NCBI RefSeq assembly: GCF_009834535.1
Contig: NC_045696.1
Span: forward strand, 51,028,001-51,092,000
From: Camelus ferus
Lineage: Eukaryota
Direction of reading: 5' to 3'
DNA length: 64,000 bases
Every line of letters begins with the position of its first letter. The stretch's first letter is position 1. The position numbers were made by a program, and so were the translations under genes. Under the pieces are notes generated by a model, which searched no databases, was not told the origin of the DNA, and worked only from the letters and a program-made list of their open reading frames with translations. Shown here piece by piece: positions 23,159 to 35,700 of this stretch.

Positions 23159-24332
23159 GATAAAAATAGTAGATTACTTGGGTCAGCTGTAAACAATATT
23201 TATACAGTCTTGACAACACGAAAACTGAATACTGATTTAATCTAAAGTGATACAATTATATTAGAAGGATTAGGCAAGGAGAAGCCAAGGGAAAAGCATA
23301 ATAAAAAGTCAAAAGATAATATGTAAAATGGAGAAAAGATTTAAGCATGTTATTTTGAAACATAAAGGTAAATACTAGAAGGAACATTTGAGAACGGGCA
23401 CCTCCAAGGGGCTATATTAGAGTTGGGAAGCAGGTAGGTAGGAAACTATTTGCTATTTTTAGCTTTTTAGTGCTATTTGCTATGTGTATATATTAATTTT
23501 TGCATATATTACTTTAATTAACAATTAACCAAAAAAGGCTAACACAAATTATGATATCTTATTTTTAATGGAATATCATATAACCATTGGAAAGGAAGGC
23601 GATCATATGCCATATGTATCATATCATATCTACAAGCAAAATGTGTCCCACTGAGTGAAAATGAAAAGCAGGTTATAAAACAGCACTGGGTGTGTATGAA
23701 GATATATTTATAAAGCAACGTCTGGGGAGATGTGTAACAAGATTTTAATAGTGGTTATAACTTGGGAGTAGGATGTCTACTTTTTAAACTTTTTTATGCT
23801 TTCCATATTGTTTTATTCTGTTTTCAGTGAGCATGCTTTATCATCATTATCAGAAGAACCAAAGAGTTATTTCATTAGGGAGAACTGTTAGCCTTAATAA
23901 ACTGAGATATAAGTACCAGTGAAGGTTGACAGGGCGTGGGGAATAAAATAGGAGGAGATCCTTAAAAGAGTCTAGGTAAGAACTTAAGGAGAGTAAAGAA
24001 CATGACTGGCAGAAAATAAATTAAATCCCTGGTACATACAGTGGCAAATACATAAATATAATCACAGGACTGATTAATTCAAGACCTTAATGATCTAGAA
24101 ATTATATGGTCCATTTGATCGTGTAGAAGACTGTACCAGAAGACTGTTGGAGGTGTGGGAAGAATTAAAGACAGGTATACGGAAAATTAAGCAAAAGAAA
24201 ACCAATGAGGTAATTATTAACTCCAAAAAACCATTAGTGGCATGGAACAAAAATAATCACTCCGAGCATAGAAACAACTTAGGAAATTATCTGTTCACAA
24301 GTAATGAATGAAAGTAAGAGTGGATCTCTTAC

Positions 24333-24415
24333 CTGTTTCAGGGCAGGGGAACATGGGATCAGCTCTCCAATTCTGTTTATCCCAGCATTGATTTTCTTCT
24401 TTCTATGCCTCTCCA
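24333..24415 (-). CDS. USF3: USF3 83-nt coding exon (VERHRKKKINAGINRIGELIPCSPALKQ), basic region, helix 1 and loop
   Basis: Minus strand ttttgtctag|tggagaggcat...ctgaaacag|gtaaga; carries the ERxR bHLH signature. Confidence 0.95.
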
Positions 24416-25999
24416 CTAGACAAAAGAGAAAAACCATTTATCAAACCTTACAGTACTACTGCCAACGTGCCTCATTCTTCCTGGGTAAAGAAATTTTAGG
24501 TAAAAAAATCCCTAAGAAAGTCTTATCAAGCAGTATCTACTGAATACAAACAGCTACAATAAGATCTCTAAGAATGTCATACTCAAAGTCTAGTGTTATG
24601 GAAATGGATTTAAGCCATACTTTTATTAGGATTTTTTAAATGGGACCTATAATAATTAAATTCAAATTATAAACAAAAATTTCTAATATTATATTGTTAG
24701 GCCATTATTATATTTAAAGTAATTATTAGAGACTTGAATAATAACTAAATTTCAAGAACTCACTAACAAGTTATGTTACTAGAAAGCTGCTTCTTTATAT
24801 ACCTTTCTAGACAGATTAAAAAACCTTAAAACACCTTCTAGGCTATGACCAGAAGGCATTTTTGGAATAGTAACAGCTATTAGTTGTGACTTAAATAGGG
24901 GGTCTGGGCTATTCATTTTGGCCATGTCTGATTTTCCCATCTAAGAAACTGGGACAACTGACAACTTCTCAATTAAATGAGAAATGTTCCAAGCTTGTGT
25001 GTGACAATTTAAAAGGTTGTGTGAAAGGGGCAAAAAGATACAATAAATGATCTAAATAGTTTCTATAATACACTGTAAACAGAAAAATTAGTCTTGGCTA
25101 TTTTCTGTTAGTTTTCTAAAATCTTCTTTTTTAACAAAGGATTTTAGTGCTTCTAAGAGGATGAGTTTTCAGACTGTAGCATAAGTAGGTTTTGTTTTGT
25201 AAAATATATACTTTTTACTTCATAATCTAGCAGTAAGGACATCCTTTTTGATGACATTGATTTACTCCCTCTTAATAAATTACTATCAGGTCATATTTAT
25301 GGCCCCCTGTGACATTCGATTCCAATCATAAAATTTAGTTCACATGGCCAAAAAATTAGAGTTATTTATATGGCCAAAAAAACAAAAAACAAAAGAACCC
25401 CAAAGCAATAAAGTATAGCTCACTTTTCTTCTCAATTCTCTAACAATAGTATTTGTTGTTATCTAAGAGCCGATTTTTTAGTGCATGTAGGTTAAAAAAC
25501 AGTAACAACATTAATACTCTATCCACAGTGATGAAGGGGAATTCAAAGGCAGAAACTCTCTGGAAAATAGCAATATCCCACCAGTATTCAACATATCTTT
25601 CCACAGATTTAAAAAAAAAATCCAAAGGGTCCTTCCCTTAGTGAAGGGAAGATATTATTTACAGAGTAATAGAAATAAACTCTAAAATTTAACTGAGGAC
25701 TCCACAGCTTAATTTAAGACTATTCACATTTCAGGTATCTTTAAGATCTACAGCTTGCTGCTCATTTCCTTCCTACTCCTGTAGGTAACCAGTCCCTCTA
25801 TAATTTCCTCAGAGACATGTACTCTTCATTCTATTCAGGAGAAGTACATCTGGAATTCCTAAGAGGGTGAAATCACTTAAAACACTAGCTCCAGGGTTAT
25901 ATCAATCCTTAAATTATCTGAATAGACAATGAATCAGAAGATGATAAGGAATCTATCCTCATGAGATTTAGGGAGCATTTTGTCAATTAAAAACAATAA

Positions 26000-26186
26000 A
26001 GTACAAACAATTATATATGAAATAAATAAGCTAAAAGGATACGTTGTACCACACAGGGACTACAGCCAATATTTTATAATATCTATAAATGGAATACAAC
26101 CTTTAAAAATTGTTAATCACTATGTCGTACAGCTGTAACTTACATAATATTATATATCAAGTATACTTCAATTTTTAAAAATGCAA
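26000..26186 (+). mobile_element. Short LINE-1 3'-end insertion
   Basis: cacagggactacagccaatatt...tatacttcaattt motif; AAACAATAA repeated on both flanks as a probable TSD. Confidence 0.75.
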
Positions 26187-26328
26187 AAAGAAACAATAAG
26201 GAACACTTTCTTAAAACATAATGAATAATGGTTCTGTGCTTATAACATAAGAACATAATCAACTGAAGCATAATTTCATTTTGAACGCAACAAATGGAAA
26301 TAAATAAAATTTAAATTGTTGTTTCTAC

Positions 26329-26357
26329 CTGCATTGTGTGTCTCCCGGTTTTTCTTT
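26329..26357 (-). CDS. USF3: USF3 29-nt coding exon (R-KKNRETHNA-V), basic region of the bHLH
   Basis: Minus strand ttgtttcag|aaagaaaaaccgggagacacacaatgcag|gtagaa; phase fits both flanking exons. Confidence 0.95.
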
Positions 26358-26693
26358 CTGAAACAAAAAGTATAGATAAAAGAAACATGAAAATTACAGG
26401 AAAAGATTTTACCACTTTATATTTTGAGAACCATTAAAATTAATTTTATGAATTTGTATTTGTTGCATCAATAAGAAGCCATTTGAAGAAAAATTTTCTT
26501 AATACATATTATGGTATAAAAATCTAACTGCAGATACAGCAATATAAATTTTGAATCCACAATTTCTAAAAATAACTACAATTCTCTATTTTTCCATACC
26601 CATCAGCTGGGAAGTAAGTCAATCATTAAAAACCTTACCTATGTGGAAAATGTAATTAAGGAGCTAGTCAGCTCTCAAAGTGATGTGGCAAGT

Positions 26694-26897
26694 ACTGCTG
26701 ACTTGAACAACATGGGTTTGAACTACATGAGTCTACTTACGGAGTTTTTTCAATAGTAAACACTACAGTATTACAGGATCCACAGTTGGTGGATATGGAG
26801 GAACCATGGGTAGGAGGGTCGACTACAAATTACACATGATATTCCACTGTTTGGAGGTAGGTGCCCCTAACTACAGTGTTGTTCAAGGGTCAACTGC
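26694..26897. mobile_element. MER8/Tigger2-like non-autonomous TcMar DNA transposon
   Basis: Inverted ends ctgctgacttgaacaaca ... tgttgttcaagggtcaactg; internal gggtttgaact motif. Confidence 0.75.
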
Positions 26898-27709
26898 AGA
26901 TGATTTCTGATGTTTGCTCTGGCATCTGGCCAGGGGTAGGGATGAGTGTGTATAGGAACCTCATAATCCCCAGGGAGGGAGGCGTGGCAGCCACCAGCAC
27001 CTATGCACTAACAATTGGCATCTGAGCCATCCTTTGCATTCTTGTACCTGAGATTTTCCAAACACTTACATTTTCTTAAAAGCTAATCTACTAAAAATAC
27101 CGATTTTCCCATTTATGTACAATAACTCAATACATTAGCATTCTCTAATAGCTATTTGATAAGGAAAGAGAATAGTGATTTTAATATTTTAAAATGGAGG
27201 CATTGGCCATGCAATTCTAAGCAGAAACACTGCCCAAAATGCGAGAAATTCTCAAGGATATATTATATAAAGAACCAGAATTAACATTGTAATGTGCATA
27301 CTGTGATGTGCACATTGGCATTAATGGTTTGTAATGTCACAAAAATGTCTATTCAGACTGGCTTCAGCCTAAATGAACTTAGCATCTACCACAAAGACTA
27401 ATATTGAATGCAAGTGAAAACTTCAGGAGAAACAAAACATTTAGTGTGCATTAGGTATCATATTATTTTAACTACTGATAGTCATATGACTTGCTATACT
27501 GCTAGTAGAATTAAAAGGACAGGTAAATTTTAATTACATACTCCCTTTCAGTAAATCTATTTATATTTATCCACATCTGTTTTTGAAGAGTAATGGTTTT
27601 CTAGGCATCTCAGTGAAAGTTCCCTAAGAACTACCTGTTTAGTGAAATGGGGACTCACTCAGTTTCTTATCTGCCAAAACAACATTGTTTTTGGACTGTG
27701 TCTTCATAC

Positions 27710-27756
27710 CTGTGCTGCTTTTTTGTAGGAGTCTCATTTTCTGTCATTTCTGGCAT
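27710..27756 (-). CDS. USF3: USF3 first coding exon (MPEMTENETPTKKQH-R); whole exon is 27710-27774 including 18 nt of 5'UTR
   Basis: Minus strand reads ttgcag|gttcctatcactgtaaccATGccagaa...cagcacag|gtatga: canonical acceptor and donor, ATG with A at -3, 47 coding nt. Confidence 0.95.
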
Positions 27757-28689
27757 GGTTACAGTGATAGGAACCTGCAAGGTAGGGAAAGACATATCAG
27801 AAAGTTTAAAGTCATTCTAGTATCTTAAAGAAATGGATTAATAGCAACTTGAGTATCAAGATGCTAGAAAAATAAAAGTGATACTGTGAAAAAGCACTAT
27901 ACTACGTGGTATGGATAGAAGAAAGTATAAGAAAACAGGACAAGAAATATAACTAGCAGATGGAGAACATGATGAATGTCAAATGTGACGTATAGCCAGA
28001 AAGTGCTTGAGAAGATTGGAGGAGAGAAAGATCATTATAGGCTTGGAAATCAAGAAAAGCCTAAAGAGGGTGTAGGTTTGAGCAAGACCTGGAAAGACAG
28101 GTAAAACATACTTGAGCTGGGAGAGTATATTCTTTAATCATGATACTGTTTGTTCGTGACACAAAATTTAAAACAATGATCCTCCTCTCTGTACACAGAA
28201 AAAATAAAAGTGACACGTGCACAAACATGTCATATTCCATACATGGAGGCATTCATTCATTCACTCATTCATTCCCTCATTCGCTAGGCTTCCTTTAAAC
28301 TGTTAGAAGTCTTAAACATTATCTTTGGAGAATCATTAGAATCTGAGTTTGAGAATGAAAATTCTATTTCTATTTAAAATATCATGATAGTAAAGCATGT
28401 ATGCACTACAGGGAAATATACACTGATGCCAGAAAAGCCTGAAAGCAAATACATTAAAATAGTAATCATATTTAAATAAGGTCAGGAATATTATAAGTGA
28501 CCTCTTTTCCTTTTCTGCTTTGCAAAAATTTTGTAATGACAATTTTAATGCTTGGGATTAAATCCCAGGGCTTGACAGCCTTTCAAAAGAGGTCTGTCCA
28601 GGTGGGATGCCTGCTCTGATACACCCAAGGAGGTGCAGGTGTATGTTCCCATTTTCTCTCTAAGAGAAAAAGAAGGCAACAAGTATGGA

Positions 28690-28915
28690 AGTGAAGTCAG
28701 CGTGAGTTCAAAATCCAGTTCTGCCTTTTCCTAGCTGTGAGGTCCTGGGCAAGCCTTGTAACCTCTTGGAATCTCGGCTGTGTCATCTATAAAACGGATC
28801 ATAATCCCAGGATCTAGATCATAGGGTTGTTTTGAGAAAGGAATGAAATAATGCAGGGAGAGCACAGCAGCCTGGCGCCTCGCAGGGGTAAGAATTCAGT
28901 CAACATCAGCCATGA
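28690..28915 (+). mobile_element. MIR SINE
   Basis: gagttcaaaatccagttctgcc..ctagctgtga..ctgggcaag..catctataaaa core. Confidence 0.75.
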
Positions 28916-29689
28916 ATAGTGAGGAGGTATTTCAGGTATGGCTTTAGCTCTAGAAAGGAGGGGAAGGGTCCTGGGAAAGAAGCAGAAGTAGATGCAGATA
29001 AGGTCCCGACTGGAGCAGACTGAGGAGAAATGAGTGCTCTTAATCCACTTCCAGCAGCTAATTCCACCTTCTCCGTAACGTTTATGAAGTCCCATAGGAG
29101 TTCACATTAGCTAACCATATACTGATAATGTGGGACACGTGAGTAAATAAATCAATCCCTGTCCTCTTTCTCACCCACAGGCTTGCAGAATTTCTTCACT
29201 TTTGACTCCTGGTTTCCAACGCCTCCCGTTTCTGATCCAAATCTATCATCTTCTGCCAGAAGATGGTCTATAAGTTATGTCTTCTTCTTACTACACAAGA
29301 GAAAAATCAGTAAATGTTTATAGGTTTCCATTAGCAGCATGTGAAACAAGGACTGGCAACCTTGGCAGGCAAATTTTCCATGGTATGAAGGATGATCCTG
29401 AATTCTCCCCACCACCTGAAGGCTGATGAACCTTAGTTGCTTTCAAGTCACTTCCCAGTGGGTAAATGCATGCTCCACCCCCACAAAGAGGTAGTACTGC
29501 AGCCATTGGACAGTCTCCAGGGGGCGAGTCTCTCCTTTCTTATGCATGCTCCCTGTCCTTAGGTTTTCCTTGCCCTCTACCTAGCTCTTACTCTAATTGT
29601 CCTCAATTCTAAAATTATCTTTCCTTCAATCTCCTACTTCCCCATTCTCTCTTGTGAGAGTGACTGAAAACTTACTCATGGACCTTCCT

Positions 29690-30100
29690 CTAAGGCACTA
29701 GGAAGACAGCTCTCAGATCTGTACACTGTATGTACTCCAAAAAAAAAAAAAAAATGCAGATTTGCAGGCTTCATCTCAGACAAATGACAAGTGCTAGGTA
29801 ATGCCTAGGAATCTGTATTTTCGACAAGACATCTGGGTGATTTTCTTTTTTCTTCCTTTTTTTTTTTTTCAATACAAAAAAAAAGTTTGAGAAACTTAGT
29901 TCTACTTTAGGGCAATGTTTCCTAAACATTCTGGATGATAAGAATTACCTGAAGGTACTAGTTAAAAAATACAAATTCTCAGCCCATCCCAGACCCGTTG
30001 AGTCAGTCTCTAAGGAAGGAATTCCAGCCTCTAAGGGAGGGGTCTGAAATTCAGTAAGTGCCCCCAGGTGGTTCTCATCAGGTTAATTAGGAAGCACAAG
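29690..30100. mobile_element. Adjacent MER5-like hAT-Charlie elements
   Basis: taggaatctgtatttt..acaag..ggtgatt, agtttgagaaac and aaaaatacaaattctcagccc motifs. Confidence 0.6.
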
Positions 30101-30195
30101 CAGGTATCTTTGGTGAAATTTCAGGCACCTGACTAATAGTCTAATGTAGGAGAGATTGTTTGGGACATGGAAGACAGTTGACCAGATGATTTTAC

Positions 30196-30311
30196 CTACA
30201 AACCAGTAACGTCAGATGTGCCTTGTACCCATCTGAGTCAGCATTTGGTCATTAGTAGCACAGTTCCAGTTGTTCCGCTGCAGCACTTTTGAAGGTTTGT
30301 GGATTCACGTT
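30196..30311 (-). other. USF3: Candidate USF3 non-coding exon 2 (5' boundary uncertain)
   Basis: Non-repetitive segment ending in a good donor TAG|GTAAAA at 30196, ~2.4 kb upstream of the ATG exon, consistent with my recollection of a second UTR exon in the human model. No canonical AG at the expected acceptor. Confidence 0.5.
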
Positions 30312-30904
30312 ACAATTAAGACGCAGTTAAGTAAAAGTTTTAATTTTTTAAACATCTAGAATCTTAAAGTAAATGACACCAGAGGCCTATCACATAAGTG
30401 AACACATTTAATAAACTGCACTGGGCTGAAAACCAGTAGTTTACTGAAAGAGGAATGCAAGTGCAAATCAAAATCATCCAGTTTACCAAATGTCCTCCTA
30501 AATACCCATCTCAAAAACATTTTTACCAATTCAATTAATCTAATTCAATGCAAAATTATTTCCATGTCCAACTTCTCCAGATAGTAAAATTGCATTCCTA
30601 ACACTGAAAAAGAACATTTATTGGAATAAAGAACTATGTAATACTGTCATAAATCCTTGTCCAGTTATTAATTAACCTACTAATAATAAAATGGCACTTT
30701 TAATACAATATTTATATAACTAAATATGAAAATACCTTTTAAGGTGTCATGAATTTTTAAAGAAAATTGTCAAAATATTATATTAGTAATCTATAAATTA
30801 CTTTTCATGGTAAGAAAGAATTATTTCTGAAATAAGTCAAACTCAGTGGTTCTCAAAGTGTGATCTTCAGATCACTTGCATCAAAATCACATCTTTTAAA
30901 ATGT

Positions 30905-33085
30905 TTTTTCTCCTTGAGGTAAAGCTTCCATGTAAGTAAAATGCACAAATTTTAGTGTAACATTCAATGGGTTTTGACAAATGCATACACCTGTGTGACC
31001 TAACCCCTATCAAGGTACAGGATGCTATTATCATCAGAGAAGTTCTTTGACAACCCTTTCCAACCAATCCCTTCCCCTGTTCTCACAGAGGCAGCCAGTA
31101 TTCTCTCCACCAGAGAACTTTATAATGTACTAATTGAGAATTCTACTGCGTCGAGCTTTTTATTCAGCATGTTTTTGAAATTCATGTTGTAGTTGGTTCT
31201 TTTTTTACTTCTGAGTATGAATAACTGTGTGTGAGTTTAAAACACAGTTTATTTATTTTTCTGTTGATGGATACCTGGACTGTTTCCATGTTTTGGTTAC
31301 TATGAGTAAAGCTGCTACCGAAGAACTTTGTTGTATACAAACAATAAATGCTGGAAAGGGTGTGGAGAAAAGGGAACCCTCCTACACTGTTGGAGGGAAT
31401 GTAGTTTGGTGCAGCCACTATGGAGGACAGTATGGAGGTTCCTTAAAAAACTAAAAATAGAGTTCCCGTATGTTCCAGCAATCCCTTTCCTGGGCATATA
31501 TCTGGAGAAAACTCCAAATCGAAAAGACACACATACCCCAATGTTTATAGCAGCACAATTTACAGTAGGCAAGACAAGGAAGCAACCCAAATGTCTATGG
31601 ACAGATGATTGGATAAAGAAGTTGTGGTGTACAGATACAATGGAATACTACTCAGCCATAAAAAGGAGTGAAATAATGTCATTGGCAGCAACATGGATGG
31701 ACATAGAGATGATCGTATTAAGTGAAGTAAGTCAGACAGAGAAAGACAAATATCATGTGATTTCACTTATATGTGGAATCTAAAAAAATGAGACAAATGA
31801 ACTTATTTATAATACAGAAACAGACTCACAGACACAGAAAATGAACTTAGTAACCAAAGGGGAAGGGGGGGGAAGGGATAAATTAGGAATTTGGGATTAT
31901 CAGATACAAACTACTATATATAAAATAGATAAACAACAAAGTCTAATGATATAGCACAGGGAACTATATATTCAAAGGCTTGTAGTAACCTGTAATAAAA
32001 GAGTGTGTGAAAAAGAATACATATATATGTATGATTGAATCACTATGCTGTACAACAGAAACTAACACAACATTGTAAATCAACTAGACTTCAATTAAAA
32101 AAAAAAAGAACGTTGTTGTTTAAGTCTTTTTTGTGGATATAGTCTTTCATTTCTCTCAGGTAAATACCTAGGAGTGGAACTGCTTATCAACTGCAGTTTC
32201 ACTGCAAGGTATTGATCCAAGAGAAATGAAAAACTGTATCTACAAAAAGACTTATGTAAAGAACATTTATCACACTTTCCTGAGAGTGATAGTGCCATTT
32301 TGCACTTCCATCCACAATGGTGGAAGAGTTCTGGTTGCTGCACAGCCTCACCAACACTGGGCTTTTCCTGTCTATTAATTTTAGCCATGCTGGTCGGTAT
32401 ATAGTGGTATTCCATTATAGTTTAATTTGCACTTCCTGGATGACTGATAATACTGAATGCTTTTTTACGTGCATAATAAACCATTTGTAGAACTTCTTTT
32501 ATCTACTCATTTCTTTTACCAGCTTTTTAATTGGCTTGTATACCTTTTTATTATTAATTTATAGGAAGTCTTTATATATTCTGAGTTATTTATATCTTCT
32601 GGATACTTGTCCTTTGAAATATATTTTAAAATACTCTGTCCCATTATGTAGCTTGTCTATGCATTCTCTCAATTGTGTCTTTTGGTGAACAAAATTTCTT
32701 GATGAAGTATAACATCAATTTTTCTTATCAAATTTTTCTTCTATGATCATTTCTTTTTGTATCTCGTCCAAAATACCCTTACCAATCCTCAAGATATTCT
32801 CCCATCATTGCTTCTAGAAGATTTATAATTATAAATTAATTAATCATTATATTTAGGTCAATGATCCATATTATTTATGGCATGAGGAAGGGGTCAAAGT
32901 TCTTTTTTTCACCCATATGGACATTTAGTTGTTTCAACACCATTTGTTGAAAAGATGTCCTTTCTTCAGTGATATTTTTGTTAAAAATCAAATATCCATA
33001 TAAGTGCAATTCCATTTCTAGGCTCTCTATTCTATTGCTCTCTATTCCAATCTGTCCTTACAGTATTGCCACACAGTCTTGATTA
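30905..33085 (-). mobile_element. Old L1M-type LINE-1 fragment (antisense), host of the younger L1
   Basis: Antisense L1 3'UTR/ORF2 motifs (ggtaaatacctaggagtggaact, tttcaacaccatttgttgaaaaga) continue on both sides of the insertion. Confidence 0.8.
31335..32105 (+). mobile_element. 5'-truncated younger LINE-1 (ORF2 C-terminus, 3'UTR, poly-A) inserted in an older antisense L1
   Basis: ORF 31328..31783 ([36 protein letters not shown], the ORF2 Cys-rich end); A tail; TSD AAGAAC(T/G)TTGTTGT at 31321-31334 and 32106-32119. Confidence 0.93.
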
Positions 33086-33093
33086 AGCATGTG

Positions 33094-33203
33094 TTTATTT
33101 ATTTTATTTTTTATTTTTCCCTTAATGGAGGCACGGAGGATTGAACCCAGGACCTTGTGCATGCCAAGTAAGCACTCTACCACTAAGCTATACTTCCACC
33201 CCC
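33094..33203 (-). mobile_element. tRNA-derived SINE, Vic-1-like
   Basis: Reverse complement of the same family (gattgaacccaggacc...actctaccactaagctatac). Confidence 0.85.
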
Positions 33204-33623
33204 ACAATATGTTTAAAATACAGATTCCTATACTCCACCCCAGACCTACTGAATCAAAAACATGAGAGGGAGTGTGCCAGGAATATGCAGTTCTAACAAG
33301 CTGCCTAGTTAATTCTCATATACCCCGAAGTCTGAGAAATATTACATCACTTTAACACTCCTTCTTCTAAAACTGATATAAATTGATGAGCTCACAAAGT
33401 AGGGTTCACATGGAAAGACCAGTGAACTTGGAAATAGGAAACCCGAACTCTACCTCTAAACTTGCTACTCAATACCTAGATTTCATTTTATTTACCATAA
33501 CCTAGGGCCTAAGTTTCTTCATATGTAAAGCAAGAGGGTAGGTCTAGACTCAACCATTCAAGTATGGATTGAGTACTTACACTGCCTAGGAATTGCAGAA
33601 ATAAGGATGAATACAGTCTAGAA

Positions 33624-33811
33624 CAGGGCTGTCCAAAAAGACTCTGTTCAATGGAAACGACACTGTCCATGAAGTCACCATTAGTCACAGGCAGCTCTTA
33701 AGCATTTGAAACATGGCTAGTGAGATCATGGAATTAGTTTTTTAATTTTATATATTTTAAGTAATTTAAATGGCCACTTTTGCCTAGAGGCTACTGTATT
33801 GGACAGCACAG
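33624..33811. mobile_element. MER3-like hAT-Charlie MITE
   Basis: Inverted ends cagggctgtccaa ... ttggacagcacag; internal ggctag and ggctac motifs. Confidence 0.75.
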
Positions 33812-34026
33812 AGAATGGAAAAAATTAGTAAAAAGATGAATTAAAAGACTGGTTAATGCATGTCAACTTCCTGGTTTTGGTACTGTCCTACAGTTATAAA
33901 AGATGCCACCTTTGGGGGAAGCTGGGTGAAGAACTCATGGACTCTATACTGTGTATCTCCTTTTGAGTCTGTAATTATTTTAAAATAAAAAGGTTTTAAA
34001 AGTGAATTTAAAAATTGGTAACTGCT

Positions 34027-34155
34027 GGGGAGAGGGTATAGCCCAGTGGTAGAGTGCATGCCTACCATGCATGAGGTCCTGGGTTCAATCTCCAGTATCT
34101 CCACCAAAAATATAAATAAATAAACCTAATTACCTCCCCCTTAAAAAAAAAAAAG
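34027..34155 (+). mobile_element. tRNA-derived SINE, Vic-1-like
   Basis: gggtatagcccagtggtagagtgcatgcc...ggtcctgggttcaatctccagt...aaacctaattacctccccc followed by an A tail. Confidence 0.88.
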
Positions 34156-34819
34156 AAGAACTTCATTCCTTTTTATTAAAAAAAAATTGATAAGTGCTAC
34201 CTTAGAGATTTATTAATAAATAAACAGGTAAGAACAGAGCATCAAGCATGTTTCTTGTGGGACCCAAAGAAAACTAGGTCTTGGAGACTGTATACAGGAT
34301 TTTGCCAGGTGGAGACGGACAGGGAAAATGATAGGAAGTAGAAGGAACAGCAGTTGCAAGAGCAGTGAAGTAAGAGCAGTCTGAGGACTGCACCAGGACT
34401 ACACAAAACACGGGAGGGAGGGAAAGAGACAGGAGGGGAGGGCAGGAAAGGAACTTGGCCCAGACTACAAAGGAATTTTCTGTGCCTAACACATTCATTG
34501 TATTCAGATTTTATCTTAAGATCAGTGGGTCTCAAATAGCAATCCACAGAAACTAGCATTGGTCTGAAGTAAAATGAAGCCCGCTGGTCCACAGTAAAAT
34601 GAAAAAAAGGACAATGCCAGATAGGATACTTACTTTTTTATTGACATACAACTTACATACAATAAGTCACTAACTTAAGTTCATTGCTCCATGCATTTTT
34701 ATATATGAATACTCCCATGCAACCGCCACTCAGATCAAGATACAGAATATTACCAGCATCTGAAAAGGCTCTTTCGAGGTCCCTGCCACTGAATCCCTTG
34801 AAGTTTCTTTTAAAAATAT

Positions 34820-35700
34820 ATATTCAAAGAAGAATATATATTTCCAAAGAAGACATACAAATGACAAACAGGTATCTGAAAAGATGCTCAACATCATTAA
34901 AACCACAACAAGATCTCACTTCACACCTGTTAGAATGGCCACTATCAAAAAGTCGAAAGATAAGTGTTGGCAAGGATGCGAAGAAAAGGGAATCCTTGTA
35001 CACTGTTGGTGGAAACATAAATTGGTTACAGTCATTATGGAAAACAGTATGGAGGTTCCTCAAAAAATTAAAAATAGAACTACCATATGTTCCAGCAACC
35101 ACACTTCTGGGTATATATCCAAAGGAAATAAAATCACAATCTTGAAAAAATATCTGTACTCTCATTTATTGCAGCATCATTCCCAGTAGCCAAGATATGG
35201 AAACAACCTAAGTGTCCATTTACATGAATGTTTGTAGCAGCAATGTCCATAATAGCTAAAGAGTTGGAACAAGCTAAATGTCCATCAAATGATGAATAAA
35301 TAAAATGGAATAGCCACACAATGGAATATCACTCAGCAATAAAGAGATATAGTACTGATACATGCCACAGCATGGGTGATCCTTGAAAATATTACAGTAA
35401 GTGCAATAAGTCTGATCCAGAAGGTCACATACTGTGACCTTTACATATTCCATTTATATGAAATGTCCGTAACAGGCAAATCCATAGAGAAAGAAAGTAG
35501 ATTGGTGGTTGCCAGGGGCTGAAGAGGATGGGGAATGACTGCCAATGAGGAAGAGGGGCATCTTTTGGGAATGATGAAATGTTCTAAGATGAGATTATGG
35601 TGATGGTTGCACAACTCTACAAATATACTAAAAACCACTGAATTACACTTTAACTGGTAAACTTCATGGTATATGAATTATATCTCAATCAAGATCTTCA
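34820..35700 (+). mobile_element. LINE-1 ORF2 3' end and 3'UTR (probably two joined pieces)
   Basis: Peptides SKEDIQMTNRYLKRCSTSL and [19 protein letters not shown]1MB/MC-like 3'UTR ending tgaattatatctcaat. Confidence 0.85.

Noticed and set aside
34027..34105. tRNA gene
   Set aside because: It is the tRNA-like head of a SINE with a family-specific tail and several diverged copies in the window.
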